A DNA stretch of 64,000 bases from positions 1,572,422 to 1,636,421 of the forward strand of contig CAJFCJ010000002.1 of assembly GCA_904063045.1 (NCBI GenBank), read 5' to 3'. The notes under the pieces are model-generated. The model saw nothing but the letters and a program-made list of their open reading frames with translations. It did no database searches and was not told the origin of the DNA. A program made the translations under genes and the position numbers. The DNA is from Dimorphilus gyrociliatus (lineage: Eukaryota > Animalia > Annelida). This document shows, one piece after another, positions 25,601 to 39,000 of the stretch (the stretch's first letter is position 1; each line of letters begins with the position of its first letter).

Positions 25601-28600
25601 GAGCGTGTTGAGTGTTTGCAGTGTTTGCTGTGTTGATTGACAAACTATTTGATTCTATACTTTCAGATTAACAAGAAATGTGGCGAGTAATAACATGTTA
25701 TCATTTCTTAAGTTTATTGATTATTTCACCCCACGGGACATATATAAGGGAAAATTAACAGAAAAATTATTAATAGACTAATATTAAACTATTTATTTAA
25801 TAACAACAGTTATATTAATCTTTCATTAATATAAACAGCTAGCTTTGTGGTATTCATTTAAACTAATTATAAAGATGAATAGTATCAAAATCTTTATTAT
25901 TATTTGTAATGTAACAGCTCCAGGAAGTCCACCTTACGATTTAACAGCTAAGGTACAAAGTTCCGATACAGTTTCATTAAGCTTCAAAGAACCAAAATTC
26001 CCTCATGGAAAAATAAAGGTCATTTGCTGAAATTATTTCCCGTTGGTCAATAATTTAAATGATTTTACTATTGCAAACAGTCATATAGAATCTATTATAC
26101 TGACAACCCCCATTTGAATCAAATTGACTTGTGGACTTTGAAACCTCTAATAAATAATAATGTTCAACCATCAACAACAATTACCAGATTAAATACGAAT
26201 AGAAATTACCGATTTAGGATTGCTGCTGTAAATAATGCTGGTGTGAGTCCATATAGTGAAATTTTGGAAGTACAAACTATACAAGGAAGTAAGTTAAAAG
26301 TTTTACTCTTTATTTATTGTTTATGAGTTTCTAATTTATAAACAAAAACAAAATACTAAACACTAAAAAAGATGAGAAGAAAGCGGATGGTTCGCGGTCA
26401 ATTTGTATATGAGTTTGTCAATTTTTTCAGTTTAAACGTACATACATTTTTTATGTTTATCGTTCACGATGCCATTTCTTTTTTTTTAAAAAATGTTTAT
26501 AATTTTTGACTTCGTGGCACAAATATGATTGTCGAACAGGCGAAAAAGGCACACAGGCAACGTTCGATAGTAAGTGGGTGCCCTGAGGCGTTGCACGAGA
26601 GTGAAGTATTTGGCACCGGTTCCCTTCTATGTCTTTTATTTATTTTCAACTTTTATTTCTAAATGTATTGTTTATATGTATCTTAGCTAAACGAAAGTTT
26701 ATCACGCAGCGTCCTTTTTTTCTTCTATTATTATTACAAATCCAGCAGACACCAGCGATCACCTTATGTTTAAGAGACTCGTCCGCTTTTCTATTTTTGG
26801 GTATATATATATATTCTCATCTGTTTTCTTAGACATGGTGCTATCTCTGGCGTTACGTTTGTGCAGATACTATTAATTTGATATACTATGAAAAAGGTCA
26901 TATAAACTTTTACGTATACTCTTCTTTTGTTTCAATTCTCACTCAGGAAACAATATAGCAAAAGTTATGATCTTTTTCTACGTAAAAAATATCTTAAAAA
27001 AAAAGAATGACGTCTCTCGATCTTCGAGTGACGTCTGTCCTTTCAAACAATATGTTCTAATTAAATTCTTTATATTTTTCCATTCGCCGCGTCTAGACGA
27101 ATACGGTAAGCCGACTTTGGATGTTTTGATTAGACATTTGTTCCAAATAAGTGAGATCCGTGATTGTCAAATTGTAAAAAAAAAAAATCTACCATATAGA
27201 ATTCTTAAACGTTTACTTCTTCATATAATCAAACATATGCCCTAAATGAAACTATTGTTATTCTTTTGTCTGATAATTAATTAATATCGCTTATAATGGT
27301 TTTATATATATATACTGTATATACATATATATTAGTATATATCACAGTATATACTGTTCTTTTATTATACTATGCAGTATATACAACATTTTTCTATTTC
27401 CTAATTGTTATTCTTCTTTTCATCTAATTTTTTTGTTGAATGTCAACCCTGATTCCTCTTTGTTCGCCTATAGATTTTCGGAATAATTTGTAAAGTTTTT
27501 TCTTTATATCTCTTTATGGAAGAGAAGAAGGAAGAACTTTTATTGCTGTAAAGAATATTATATTCTGAAACGGCAACTAAGTAATTTACCGTTTGTAATA
27601 GGAAATACTCTCAACTATCGGTTCTCACTTATAAATCGTATTTCTGTTCGTCAAAATGTTAATACTATTAGAGATTGTTGTGCGTGTTTTTTTTATTACT
27701 TTTTTTTAAATCATTCTTAAGTTTATCTATTTTTGTATTTTTTTAATTAATCTTCTATTATCCTTCATTTATTTCTTTTCCTTACTATTTTATAGAACCC
27801 GGAAAACCATTAGACGTTACAGCAGAGTCGATTTCACCAACTGAAATATTAGTCAAATGGCGTCATCCTCGGGTTAATCCAGATGCTGTTAAACAATATG
27901 AAATTTTACTTAACACGTCAACGTCTTCAACATTATATAATAAGAATAGCATTAAGTACAGTGTTGATCATACCGAGAATTCTTACAAAATCGACAACGT
28001 CAAGCCTGGCACAGTCTATCAAATTTGTATGAGAGCTCAATTGGACAATAACCGCTTTTCAACAAGAACGAAAAGAATAATGGTTACGACGAAGAAAGCA
28101 AAAGGAGACAGTAAGTTCTTTATTATTTAAGTTATTTTAAGTTTTATTTTTTTTTACGAAAAATATATAAGATAGGCTTAGAATTCAGAATCAAAATTCG
28201 AGAAATGTTAAACTAAGCAAAAATATATAAATAACTGGTATTAAAATATTAATACTAAAAAAAAAACCACAGATGAATAAGGCATTAGACATGTACAGGT
28301 GAAAAGAAAAAAAATATGACCCTATATACTTGAACATTCAAGTATATATAGAGAAAAAGTCATTGTATTTATTAAAATAATAACGTTGATAAATGATCTA
28401 AAATGATTTTTATTTACATATTTCAAAATTTTTCATTATAATAGGAAATACTGAAACTGAATAATATTTAATCATTTCTTGATATTAAAACAAAAAGTTC
28501 AAATAATAATTTGTTTCTTATTTTTAACTTTTATACTAAAATTCTTCTTTATTATTATTCTTTATTAATGAATACTCTATAAAGTAATCTATTATTTTTT

Positions 28601-31600
28601 TCATTGTAAAAGAAACAGTATTCATTAACTAATTATATAATTAAATTATTCGTTTAATTGTGTTCTACTGCTAAGCAAATAATTTCCGAGTAATATTTAC
28701 ACAACCTCTGACTTTTAATACTCTCAATCTTTATTGTTATATATTATTTTTTTTTATTTTTGACACTGTACATTTGTAATGCAAAAGATGTTTGGTTTTT
28801 TTTTAATGTTTGCAACAAAAAAATTTATAACTATACTAATTTTACTTTTCCATTTTAACTGGAAAGTAAATTGAGAAAGAAAGAAAAATTGAAAGAAATA
28901 ACAAAAATTGAATAATGTACAAAATGGCACTAGTTCACACTACACTCCTCTTTAGACTCTTGGTTGACGCTGTAATGGGCTTAGTTTTATCAGTTAATAA
29001 TAGCGCCTACAGTCCATCAGTGTCAATAAACGTCTCGTGAATCCCTTTTAATGTTATGTGCATCTCGTATATATAATTTTATCATCTTTTCTTTCTTCTG
29101 CCAGCAGACGAGATAATAATTTGGTAAATTTTATAATTTTAAGAATTTCTCGGTTTAAGGCAACATTTTTATGATTTCAAAAGTCTTATTTTTTATTGTT
29201 CGTAATAATACCAATGTTGCATTTTTGAATGCTCTTAACTACTACTTACATGGGTTAGATATGGAACTTTTATTTACTTAAATAAGTTGGATATCTTACT
29301 CATTTACTTCCAATATAAGCCTATATTTACATATATATATACTAATATATATATAAATATAAAGAAATATTTAATACACTCCAATTGCAATTCGTGCAAT
29401 TAAAGAGAGAAAAGCTTGCATTCAAAAATATAACTATTGGATATTTGTATGCATGTTTTCCATCGGCTATTCCAGCACCTGCATCAAATCCAGTAAATAT
29501 TCGAGCTATTACCGACAAACATACAATTACCGTTTTATGGGACCGTCCGGAGAGAATAGACTCACCAATAAAAAAATATCAAATTTTTATTATGGAGGAT
29601 TCTCCTGAAACACGCCGTATGAAGGAACCAGACGATTCGCCAACTAGACTTTCCGCAAAATCATTGGCATCAAGTCATACAATCTACGCTCTCAAAATAT
29701 GGACCCGGTATAAAATATGGATTAGAGCTGAAACACTAGACGGAGATGGAGAATTCGGTTCGATAATTGTTCGAACAGCCGAAGGCGGTTAGTTGTGAGG
29801 GCTGAAAACAGATTAAGGCGCGCCGCTTAATCGAATAATTTTAATTATAAGCACGTAAGGCGATTTTAGCGGCGCGCTATTAATTTATATAACCCCGTTA
29901 ACAGAGTGATTTATTTTTTTTTTTGAAAAAAAAAAAACCTGAGGTGATTTTCTCTTTAACCCCTCTCAGTTTTGTCGTTTGAGCATGCAGAGTGAAAAAA
30001 GGATATTATCAGCGTGATAATATCAATTTTTTCCTTAAAAAATTGTATTTTAATAGACATCTATCCTTCCTCCCTCCCCTCCTATCGTTGTGCTCGCATT
30101 AAGCACGGTAATACGAGGCCGCGGGGTTAATGAAACGATTTATTAGTGTACTTTTTTCAATACTAGCATAAAATGGAAGAAGGATGTTGGAAAATTTATT
30201 CCCTTTCTTTTTTTCATTATTATTTATTATATTAATTTTTTTTGCCAATTGAAACGAAAGAAACAAGAAAATACTCTTAAACAAAATTTTCCCTTATCCT
30301 TTTTTGTCTTGTAAAATGATTTCAGCGACTATTTTCTTTATTTAAAAGCGATTAATGAGTAGGGAGATGTATGATTTTATGCGACGGAAGTATAACAGGG
30401 AAAAAAAAAACATAATCTATAACGATGGTTTTTTTTTAATAAAAAAAAAGAAAAACTTTTACTAATCTCAATTAATTTTTTATTACAAAATATTTATTTG
30501 GTTTTTTTGTTTGTTTTCTCTTCCCCTTCTAACGGTATAGTTCCGAAAAAGCCGAAGAATCTTCGAGGTACAGCATTTAATTCAACTACTATTGGAATTT
30601 ATTGGGATAAGCCCCATAAAAAAGAATTGACTGGATTAATTCGAGGCTACTATGCAAACGTGTGGGAGATTGTCAACGATGGAAAAGTTCAATACATAAA
30701 AATAGGGAGGATAACATCGAAATCTTCCACTCCATTTATGCTAATTACTGGTTTAAAGCCAGACACAAACTACTCAATTACTTTAACTGGTCTATCTAAA
30801 GTTGGAGATGGTGAAAGCACAGACCCGATTATTGTGAGAACAAAAGGAGCTGTTCCCTCTCCACCGACTGACCTAAAGTTGACCCTTGTTGATGGCGAAC
30901 AAACTACTGTTCGTGTTACGTGGAAGCCGCCCATTAGAACTTATGGAAAAATCGAAAAATACAAAGTGCTCTATACTGCAGAAGGCGATAAGTATACAAA
31001 TGAGCGACGGCTAGATCCTCGGAAGAATAATAAGTATCAGGCACAAATGCTAGGTTTGTATATATTTACCTTGAACTTTTCCTAACCCCTTGTCCGCATT
31101 GTATTTCATCGTTTATTTTTTTTTATGCGTATATTTTCCTTTGAAACAGCTAAGGGCACGACTTACGAATTTCGAGTTGCAGCAAAGAATCAAGTGGAAT
31201 ATGGAGAATTCGTCGTCGGTTCTATATCGACACCTGAAGGACGTGAGTCAGTTCAGTGTACGAATGAGTCTCTATTACGCGAATAGAGATTGAGTGATTC
31301 TGTGTTTGTTTTATTCGCGTACGAAAGATCAAAAGGATGAAAGTGTACGAGTGAATGAATAAGAAACAATCTATAAAAGTTTCTTAAATAGTTGTATAAA
31401 ACAAAATAGAAAACGTTATTTGTACGATTGAGAAAGATGCCTCCTAAACACGATCTTATTACTTAAAAGAAGAAAAAAAAACCAATCAATTTGATTGATT
31501 TGCTATATATATATATATTTATAAATATTTTTAATTAGAAAATTAATTTTTTTCATAAACGGTGGTTGTTGATACAATCTTTTGAAACAACCATCTCTCA

Positions 31601-34600
31601 ATCGCCTGAACAAATTTTCTTTGCGATTGGGACTTTCAATCATAAAATGAAAGGAAAGAAACAAACAATAATATAAAAGAAACATAGCGTCTTTAGGAGG
31701 TTTTATCGAAGAAAATACTTCATAGTTAAAATCATAAATTTTCTTTTTTTTTTTTCATTTTTATTTTCATTTTAATTATTTCTTCTTTTTTTTTATTAAA
31801 AAAACTATGAAGTATACTTTTTTTGTATTGTTTATGAATGTATTGTAATTGAATCAATAATTTCTTTTACAGCACCCACTGGTGCCCCGAGAAACGTTAC
31901 TGTATATCCGTATGGAGTAAAGAGCTTTCAAGTTACGTGGTCCCCTCCCGAGAAAAAGCAAAGAATGGGAAAGATGGTAAATTATGAAATTGTATATCAT
32001 CCTGTTGGTAAAGAACAGTCAGAAATGTCTGTTAATTCATCTGAGGCAACAAGTGCGATTCTCCAGGATTTGACAATGAATATTTGGTATAGTCTCCAAG
32101 TGAGAGCCTATACGTCAGTAGCAGAGGGTCCTTTTACAAAACCAATAAAATTTCGTACGGAAGGCAAACAACCTGGTCCGCCTACGAATGTTTCGCTAAG
32201 AAAAGATGGGAAAAATGCTTTAATTGTATCTTTTGATCCTCCGCGAGTCGGAAAAGGCTTAGTTGAAAAGTACAAGATTTATTATTCATCTACATATAAC
32301 GATGACATGGAAAAATGGGATAGCGTAGAGTTTGATGCTAGTGAAACAGAGCATAGAATAGAGAGTATTGCTGAAAAGACCAGCTATTGCGTACGTGTTC
32401 GCGCACTCTCTTCTCACGGCGGTTTTGGTAACTTTTCAGAAGTTAAATACTATCATCCGAACGAAATTAGCAATGAAAGACACAATCAAGTCAGAAAACT
32501 AGACCTCCGAAACAATAATCCTGATTTTTTGTTAACTTGGGAAAGACCTACTTCCAATCGCCCAGTAGAGAGTTATCAATTGACTTTAAAGAGCACTGCA
32601 ACGTATTTCGATGAAAGGGGTCGGCCACAAACTGAATCTAAAATCAAAAGAATAGAGCTAGACAGCACGGCTAGAGAACGCATATTTCCGAATTTAAAAC
32701 CAAATACTCATTACAAATTTCTCGTCGCCGTACAATTCGAAGGCGAGCAACATTATGAACTACCGTTAGGTCTTGATACAAAAACTGATGGCATCCCACC
32801 GAAATTTATCCAAGCACCTGAGGCAGTACCATCTAAAGGATCTCCAAGGTTTAAGCTATTTAAATCGTCGACTAGAAACGGAGTAATAAAGCATTACACT
32901 TTATACGTCGTCGACGCCAGTGCCGTAGATAGCTTTGGACAACCACCAAAATTTCTCATGGAATATAATCAAAATAAAAATATTAAGTTGTATCCGACAG
33001 CTCAGTTCGACGGTAATCCAACATCGCCCAATCGCTTACCAAATGAATTCAAATTAGGCGATGGAAAAAAGTAAATATCTATTTCCACAAATAAATTCAA
33101 AGAAAGTTAGAGCTTCCTCTAATAAAATATTCAAAATTTAATTAACAGATATGGAGCGTATAAGAATAGACGTTTGACACCGGGAGATAAACTTACATTA
33201 TTTATGATGATTACGGAAGAAATGGGAAAAACTGCCTATTCTGGTTATTCAGATTTAGTAACAGTTCCTCTTGATGGAACTTATGATGTAAGCGTTGAAA
33301 TATCTATTAAATAACCCAAGTTTAATTAAAGTTTTATTGCATTCTTTCTTTTATTTAAATAGTACAATGATAGTAGCGAAATAGCAGAACAAGAAAATGG
33401 AAATTTAATATGGGTTGTTGGACCTATTTGCGGAGTTGTAGTTCTTATTTTAGTTGTTATCTTCGTCGTAGTATTTTTCAGGTAAATTACATAATTTGTG
33501 TTGTAAAAGAGCCGCAGCTCTCTCCTTGAAATTTCTTTCGCTTTGTTTAGTATGTCGACGATGTTTTGCAGGCGTAGAGCAGCTAAACGACAGTTAGATA
33601 AGACAAAATTGCAAACAACATTAGCAACACCTATTCCGGCTCCATCGAATGCTATTTCAAAACCCCCTCCGGTTTCTGCTGTGTCAACCCTCATGCCACA
33701 AAGTTCTATGGGACTCTCTCAACATAGTATGGATCCTGTTGAACATAGAAGAAGAAATAAAGCAACAACCGCTTTGGCAGCCCACCCGCCAATCTCTGTG
33801 GTGGACCTAGCTGATCATATAGATCGACTCAAAGCAAACAACGGTTCACAGTTTTCAGCGGAATTTGAGTCAATCGACCCTGCGGAGCAGTTGACTTGGG
33901 AACATTCCAGCATGGATGTGAATAAGTCAAAGAATCGATACGCCAATGTTATTTCTTATGATCATTCACGCGTCAAATTATCAATGGAAAATGGCATTAC
34001 TGGTAGCGATTATATAAATGCCAATTTCTTGGATGGATATTGTAAACAGAACGCCTACATAGCTTCCCAAGGACCAATGCCTGATACTATGTCGGATTTT
34101 TGGAGAATGGTATGGGAACAACAGGTAGCAAGCATAGTAATGATGACAAGATTAGAAGAGAGAACAAGGATAAAATGCGATCAATATTGGCCAAATCGAG
34201 GACCAGAAGTTTACGGATCGATGACTGTAACATTAGTTGATGTTACAGAACTGGCAACTTATACAATACGAACATTCAGCTTAACTAGAGCTGATGCGAT
34301 TGGTGAAAAAAGAGAAGTCAGGCAGTTTCAGTTTACCGCATGGCCAGATCATGGCACACCGCTACACCCTGGTCCCTTATTATTATTTATGAGGAGAGTG
34401 AAGGCCATGACACCAGTTGATGCTGGCCCCACAATTGTACATTGTTCAGCAGGAGTTGGTAGAACAGGTGCTTTCGTGGTTATAGATTCGCAATTAGAGA
34501 GAATAAAGCACGTTCCTACTGTCGATATATATGGTCATGTTACGTGCCTTCGGGCACAGAGGAACTACATGGTGCAAACAGAAGAGCAATATATCTTCAT

Positions 34601-35525
34601 ACACGATGCTATACTCGAAGCTGTACAAAGTGGGAATACAGAAGTTCCTGTTCGTAGTCTATTTAATCATATTCAAAAATTAACAACGCCCCAACCTGGA
34701 GCTGAGAGAACTGGATTGGAAGTAGAGTTCGCCAGACTCGCTCAAACAAAACCAAATTCCGCCACGAAATTTGTATCTGCAACCTTGGCTGTAAATCGTT
34801 TCAAGAATCGCCTCGTCAATATTCTACCCTATGAGAATTCCAGAGTGTGTTTGCAAGCGTTACGAGGTGTCGAAGGATCAGATTACATAAACGCCAGTTT
34901 CATAGATGGCTACAGATATAGGAAAGCTTATATAGCCACACAAGGTCCATTGCAGGAAACGACAGAAGATTTCTGGCGTATGCTATGGGAACATAACTCT
35001 ACTATAATTGTTATGCTCACAAAATTGCGCGAAGGTGGAAGGGAGAAGTGTTTTCAGTATTGGCCGGACAGATCTGCTAGATATCATTGCCTTGTGGTTG
35101 ATCCCGTTGCTGAATATAATATGCCCGCATATATTCTCCGAGAGTTTAAAGTCACCGACGCTCGTGACGGCCAGAGCAGAACGGTTCGTCAATTCCAATT
35201 TACCGAATGGCCCGAACAAGGAACTCCAAAATCAGGCGATGCCTTTATCGATTTTATCGGTCAAGTTCACAAAACAAAGGAACAATTCGGTCAGGATGGA
35301 CCTATTACGGTTATGTGCTCAGCGGGTGTCGGTAGAACGGGAGTTTTTATAGCATTATCAATAGTATTGGAAAGGATGCGCTATGAATGCGTTGTCGATC
35401 TCTTCCAAACAGTAAAATTGCTGAGAACACAACGACCGGCCATGGTACAAAGCGAAGATCAATACAGTTTTTGTTATACGGCCGCTTTGGAATATTTAGG
35501 ATCATTTGATCATTATGCAACATAA
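19680..35525 (+). CDS. Lar: LAR-type (R2A) receptor protein tyrosine phosphatase, PTPRF/PTPRD/PTPRS/Lar orthologue
   Basis: Exons: 19680-19767 (signal peptide [19 protein letters not shown]), 22816-23121 (Ig1), 23676-23839 and 23902-24025 (Ig2), 24566-24868 (Ig3), 25171-25449, 25918-26018, 26081-26288, 27796-28110, 29476-29787, 30541-31053, 31150-31242, 31873-33070 (nine FN3 in total), 33149-33287, 33363-33481 ([27 protein letters not shown]), 33551 or 33572 to 35525. D1 has [20 protein letters not shown]; D2 has [20 protein letters not shown]-terminus FDHYAT is typical of LAR. All junctions are phase-compatible. Confidence 0.97.
23390..23403 (+). promoter_or_regulatory. X-box-like motif in LAR intron 2
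   Basis: GTAACCATGGATAC, one mismatch to GTHNYYATRRNAAC, near-palindromic. Confidence 0.25.
24217..24243 (+). CDS. 27-nt in-frame micro-exon of LAR at the Ig2-Ig3 linker (meB position)
   Basis: ttttag|TTTCACCATCGAAGACAGAGAAACAAT|gtaagt; phase 1-1; changes LYVK-VRQTPP to [19 protein letters not shown]. Confidence 0.75.
24937..24945 (+). CDS. 9-nt in-frame micro-exon of LAR between Ig3 and FN1
   Basis: cttcag|TCGGAGGAG|gtaaat; phase 1-1; upstream intron 68 nt; adds VGG. Confidence 0.55.
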
Positions 35526-36064
35526 TTTCAATTATTTTTTTCTCCCTGACCTGCATTGCTTGTTTTTTTCATTTTATACTAATTTCTAACTTATCTATGC
35601 GGTCACATACAAGAAGTTTGTTTGTTTATTTGTATTTATTTTTTTTATTTCGCAATTATTACTTTTTTGATCTAGTCGCGCACATCAGTGTGTATAACAT
35701 AACATATATATATATATATATATATACATATATATATTTTTACTTACGTACTAAAAAAGTATATTAGAAGGAAGAAACAAGCATATATTGCATACACTAC
35801 GAAAAAAGGATATATTTTACATAATTCTATGTTACAACTTTTATCTCGAGGATGGACTTAAAACAAGAAATTTAGTTTCCGATTTTTATTGCTTTATCAA
35901 TAATGATGTATACTCGAGTGTGGCTGTTTGATTGTAGTTGAATTGTATAGAATTAGAATGCCGTTCATTGGTTGAGATATTTAAAAAACAAAAAAGTACA
36001 AATAAATTTCTATATGTATACATATATAATACATATCTTTGAAAATGAGGAGTTTTTTTTTTTA

Positions 36065-39000
36065 TCATTTTTGCTTTTTCGTTGGAGGTTGCTCATCATC
36101 TTCTTTAGATTCTTTGCTAGTAGATACAGCAGACTGATTCCTGTAAAATGAAAAAAAAAAAATACTTATAAATCTCACGATTTTATATTTTCTGCTATCA
36201 ATTTACTTTTTGTATGCTGGAGTAACCCAAAACGGATTTTTTTCAGCCTCTTCTGCATGACGTAATATAGCCGCCTTTATATCTTTATCTCGTTCATCAT
36301 GAGTTCTAACGGCGATTGATTGCAGTACGTATTGGGCTAAAGTTGCACCCTTAGTCGCCAATCTTCCTCCACTTCCTGGTCCGTTTACAGGTAGATCTGG
36401 CCTATGAGATTTCACAGGATCTTTTCTTTGTTTCTCCTCTAAAGTCTTTTTGCTAGAGTACTTCTTCTCTTTAAATAGAGATAGAGCATAAGGAGTGATA
36501 ATATGATTTATTTGATTATCATTCGTCTGCTTCTTCTTTTTTATCTTTCTTGCCAAGCATAGTTTTACACCCTTGTTACTCTTCTTTTCATCGTATAAAA
36601 TTTTTATATCACCATCGCCGCAGCCCAAAAATATTTGATTAAGCCGAGCATGCCAAGCTAGCCGCACGACAGATGACGTACTAACTGTCAAATCGGCTAC
36701 AGGCGAAAGAGTATCACGATCTAAAAATATTACGTTCCCCTCTTTTTCATTGAGTTTAGTTGAGAGTCCCGTTATGACTAGACGATCATCCGGGCTAAAA
36801 ATAACGTCAGTCATTGCAAATCTATTGTAAAGATCTGATTTTTCGGCAATATATTTTTTAGTATTTCGAATATCCCATAATTTAACAGTATCATCTCCAC
36901 CTCTGGTTGCAAAATTATTTCCATTATAGGCAAAAGATACGCAGGAAGTGTCACTTCCATTCTGATGACCATCTCGAATAATAAACGCCGGATTTACCTG
37001 GATTTTTTTTTTTTTGATATAAGTTAGATTATTAATTTTTATGACAGTTCACTTACAAAATATTCTTTATGGGGCCAAACTTGTATAGATCCGTCATTGC
37101 ATGCAGCTACTATATATTTTCCGTCCTTATTATATGTGGCAGCAGTAGGAATGGCTTTTCGACCTTGCTTAGTTTTTGTCTTTATTATATTTCTATGTTT
37201 ACGGTAACGTCCAACGTCCCACAATCTAATAGAACCATCGTTTGAGAAGGTCATAAACTCCTCTTGATAATAGGGATGCCAGTCTCCACCGTTTAACATG
37301 GCTATATGACCCTTTGTATTTGCTACATCAACTATATATTGATCACCTTTAACACATTCCATTTTCTATAAAATTAAATTTTATGTAAAAAAAACTAGTT
37401 GAAAATTTTTTGGCTCAATTAACACAAACCGTATATCCATCTCTATTTAATAATTTTGCTTGAGCACTACCAGATACACATAACAATAGATCACCCGTAT
37501 TATTATATTGTAAGGACTTTATTTGATGGCATTCACAAGGTCTAAATGACCGGAAAGCTTGAAATGTAGAATCCATGCCACCAAAATCCCATAACTTAAC
37601 ATCAAAGTCGAAGCTTCCACTAGCCATTCTAGCCCCATTGTTATCGATACCAATTGCTGAAATCGTCTTAGATCCGTGTTGTAAAATAACGTCTCCATCC
37701 ACGGGTATTCGACTCAAAGGATTCTAGGAGAAAGAAAAAGCAATGAGATCAAATTTTCCTCAAAGGATTTTATCACATTAAGACCAACAACAAAAGAACA
37801 ACACGATGCGATCTATTTTAGGCTACACTAATAAAACATGTCCCGCCTACGAAATTAGTAACCAATTCTTTCTGATACTATATTATCTCTTACGCCTATG
37901 GTTTACCTAGTATTACCTATGCTGTAGTCGTTATAATCTATAAATAACTATGTGTATATACATATATACAGTACAGGTACCCTATTTTTAGCCACTTGTT
38001 TTTTTTTTTTTCCAAAAATGAATTTTTCTTTTTTTTGGCCTAAACAAGATGTTTTAAAGAGAAGTTAAAATAAGGACAACTCATCTATCTTTAAGTGAGA
38101 TTTATAAAATCTTTGTTTATCACAATAGAAATAAGAAAATTATTGATTTATGCAAACATTGACTAAATTGGTTAATTAAGTAAAAGTAGTAAGTGATAAA
38201 TATTCAAGAATAATTTTCACAAATTATCTAATACTGTTACAAAATGACTTTCATTTTTACCATTCGCAACTTCATTATTCTTATTTTAAAAAATATAGAA
38301 AAATCGATTTTAACACCTCATTGATGAAAAGATATATTTTTCTTATCAAGTTTGTATTAAATACAGCTTTTATAATTCTCAAGTAAGGATAGATAATTTG
38401 TCTTCATTTTAATTTCTGGTAAAAACATCTTGCTTAGGCCAAAGTTGAAAAAAAATTTAATTTTCAAAAAAAAAAATGGTGGCCAAAAATAGGGTATCGG
38501 TACTGTATATAAATATATATGTATTTGTAAAGAGCACATTCCTATTAGCACTGTACCAACACACAATATTGTGCATATAGTAAACATTAATAATAATTTA
38601 AAGTATCTATATAGATATCTTTATATTGCTAGTAGAAATTGATAGTCAAAAATATCAAATTATTCCTGATTCGCCTTGAGAACAATTGTACTACGTAGCT
38701 CATTTTAATAGTAATCAACCTCTTTACGAGACATCTAGTATCTCTTCATCAAATAGAAGAGAATATACCTCAGAAAAATATACACCTAGGGACGAAATCT
38801 CTCAAGATTCACAAACAAAAGATTTCTTGTACTTTTCGTTTTTTTTTTGGGTTAAAAATATGTGTTAAAAATGTTCATTTAGTCGTATTCCTCTTCTCCA
38901 GGCTATTATGTATATAATATATATACTGTATATATATATATATTATAATTTTTGAAAAGCTTGTAATATAGAGTTATTAAAAACTAGCAGTTAGTGAGAA

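Noticed and set aside
27796-29787. Two symmetric phase-1 FN3 exons as mutually exclusive alternatives
   Set aside because: They correspond to consecutive FN3 and FN4 in the nine-repeat Lar layout, so both are expected in the mRNA.
29970-30013. Intronic acceptor (ccctctcag) in the LAR FN4-FN5 intron as a meC-like exon
   Set aside because: Available donors give 22 or 44 nt, not frame-preserving, and the frame hits TGA.
33326-35556. Shadow ORFs on other frames and the antisense strand of the LAR last exon
   Set aside because: By-products of a long coding exon; no independent signals.
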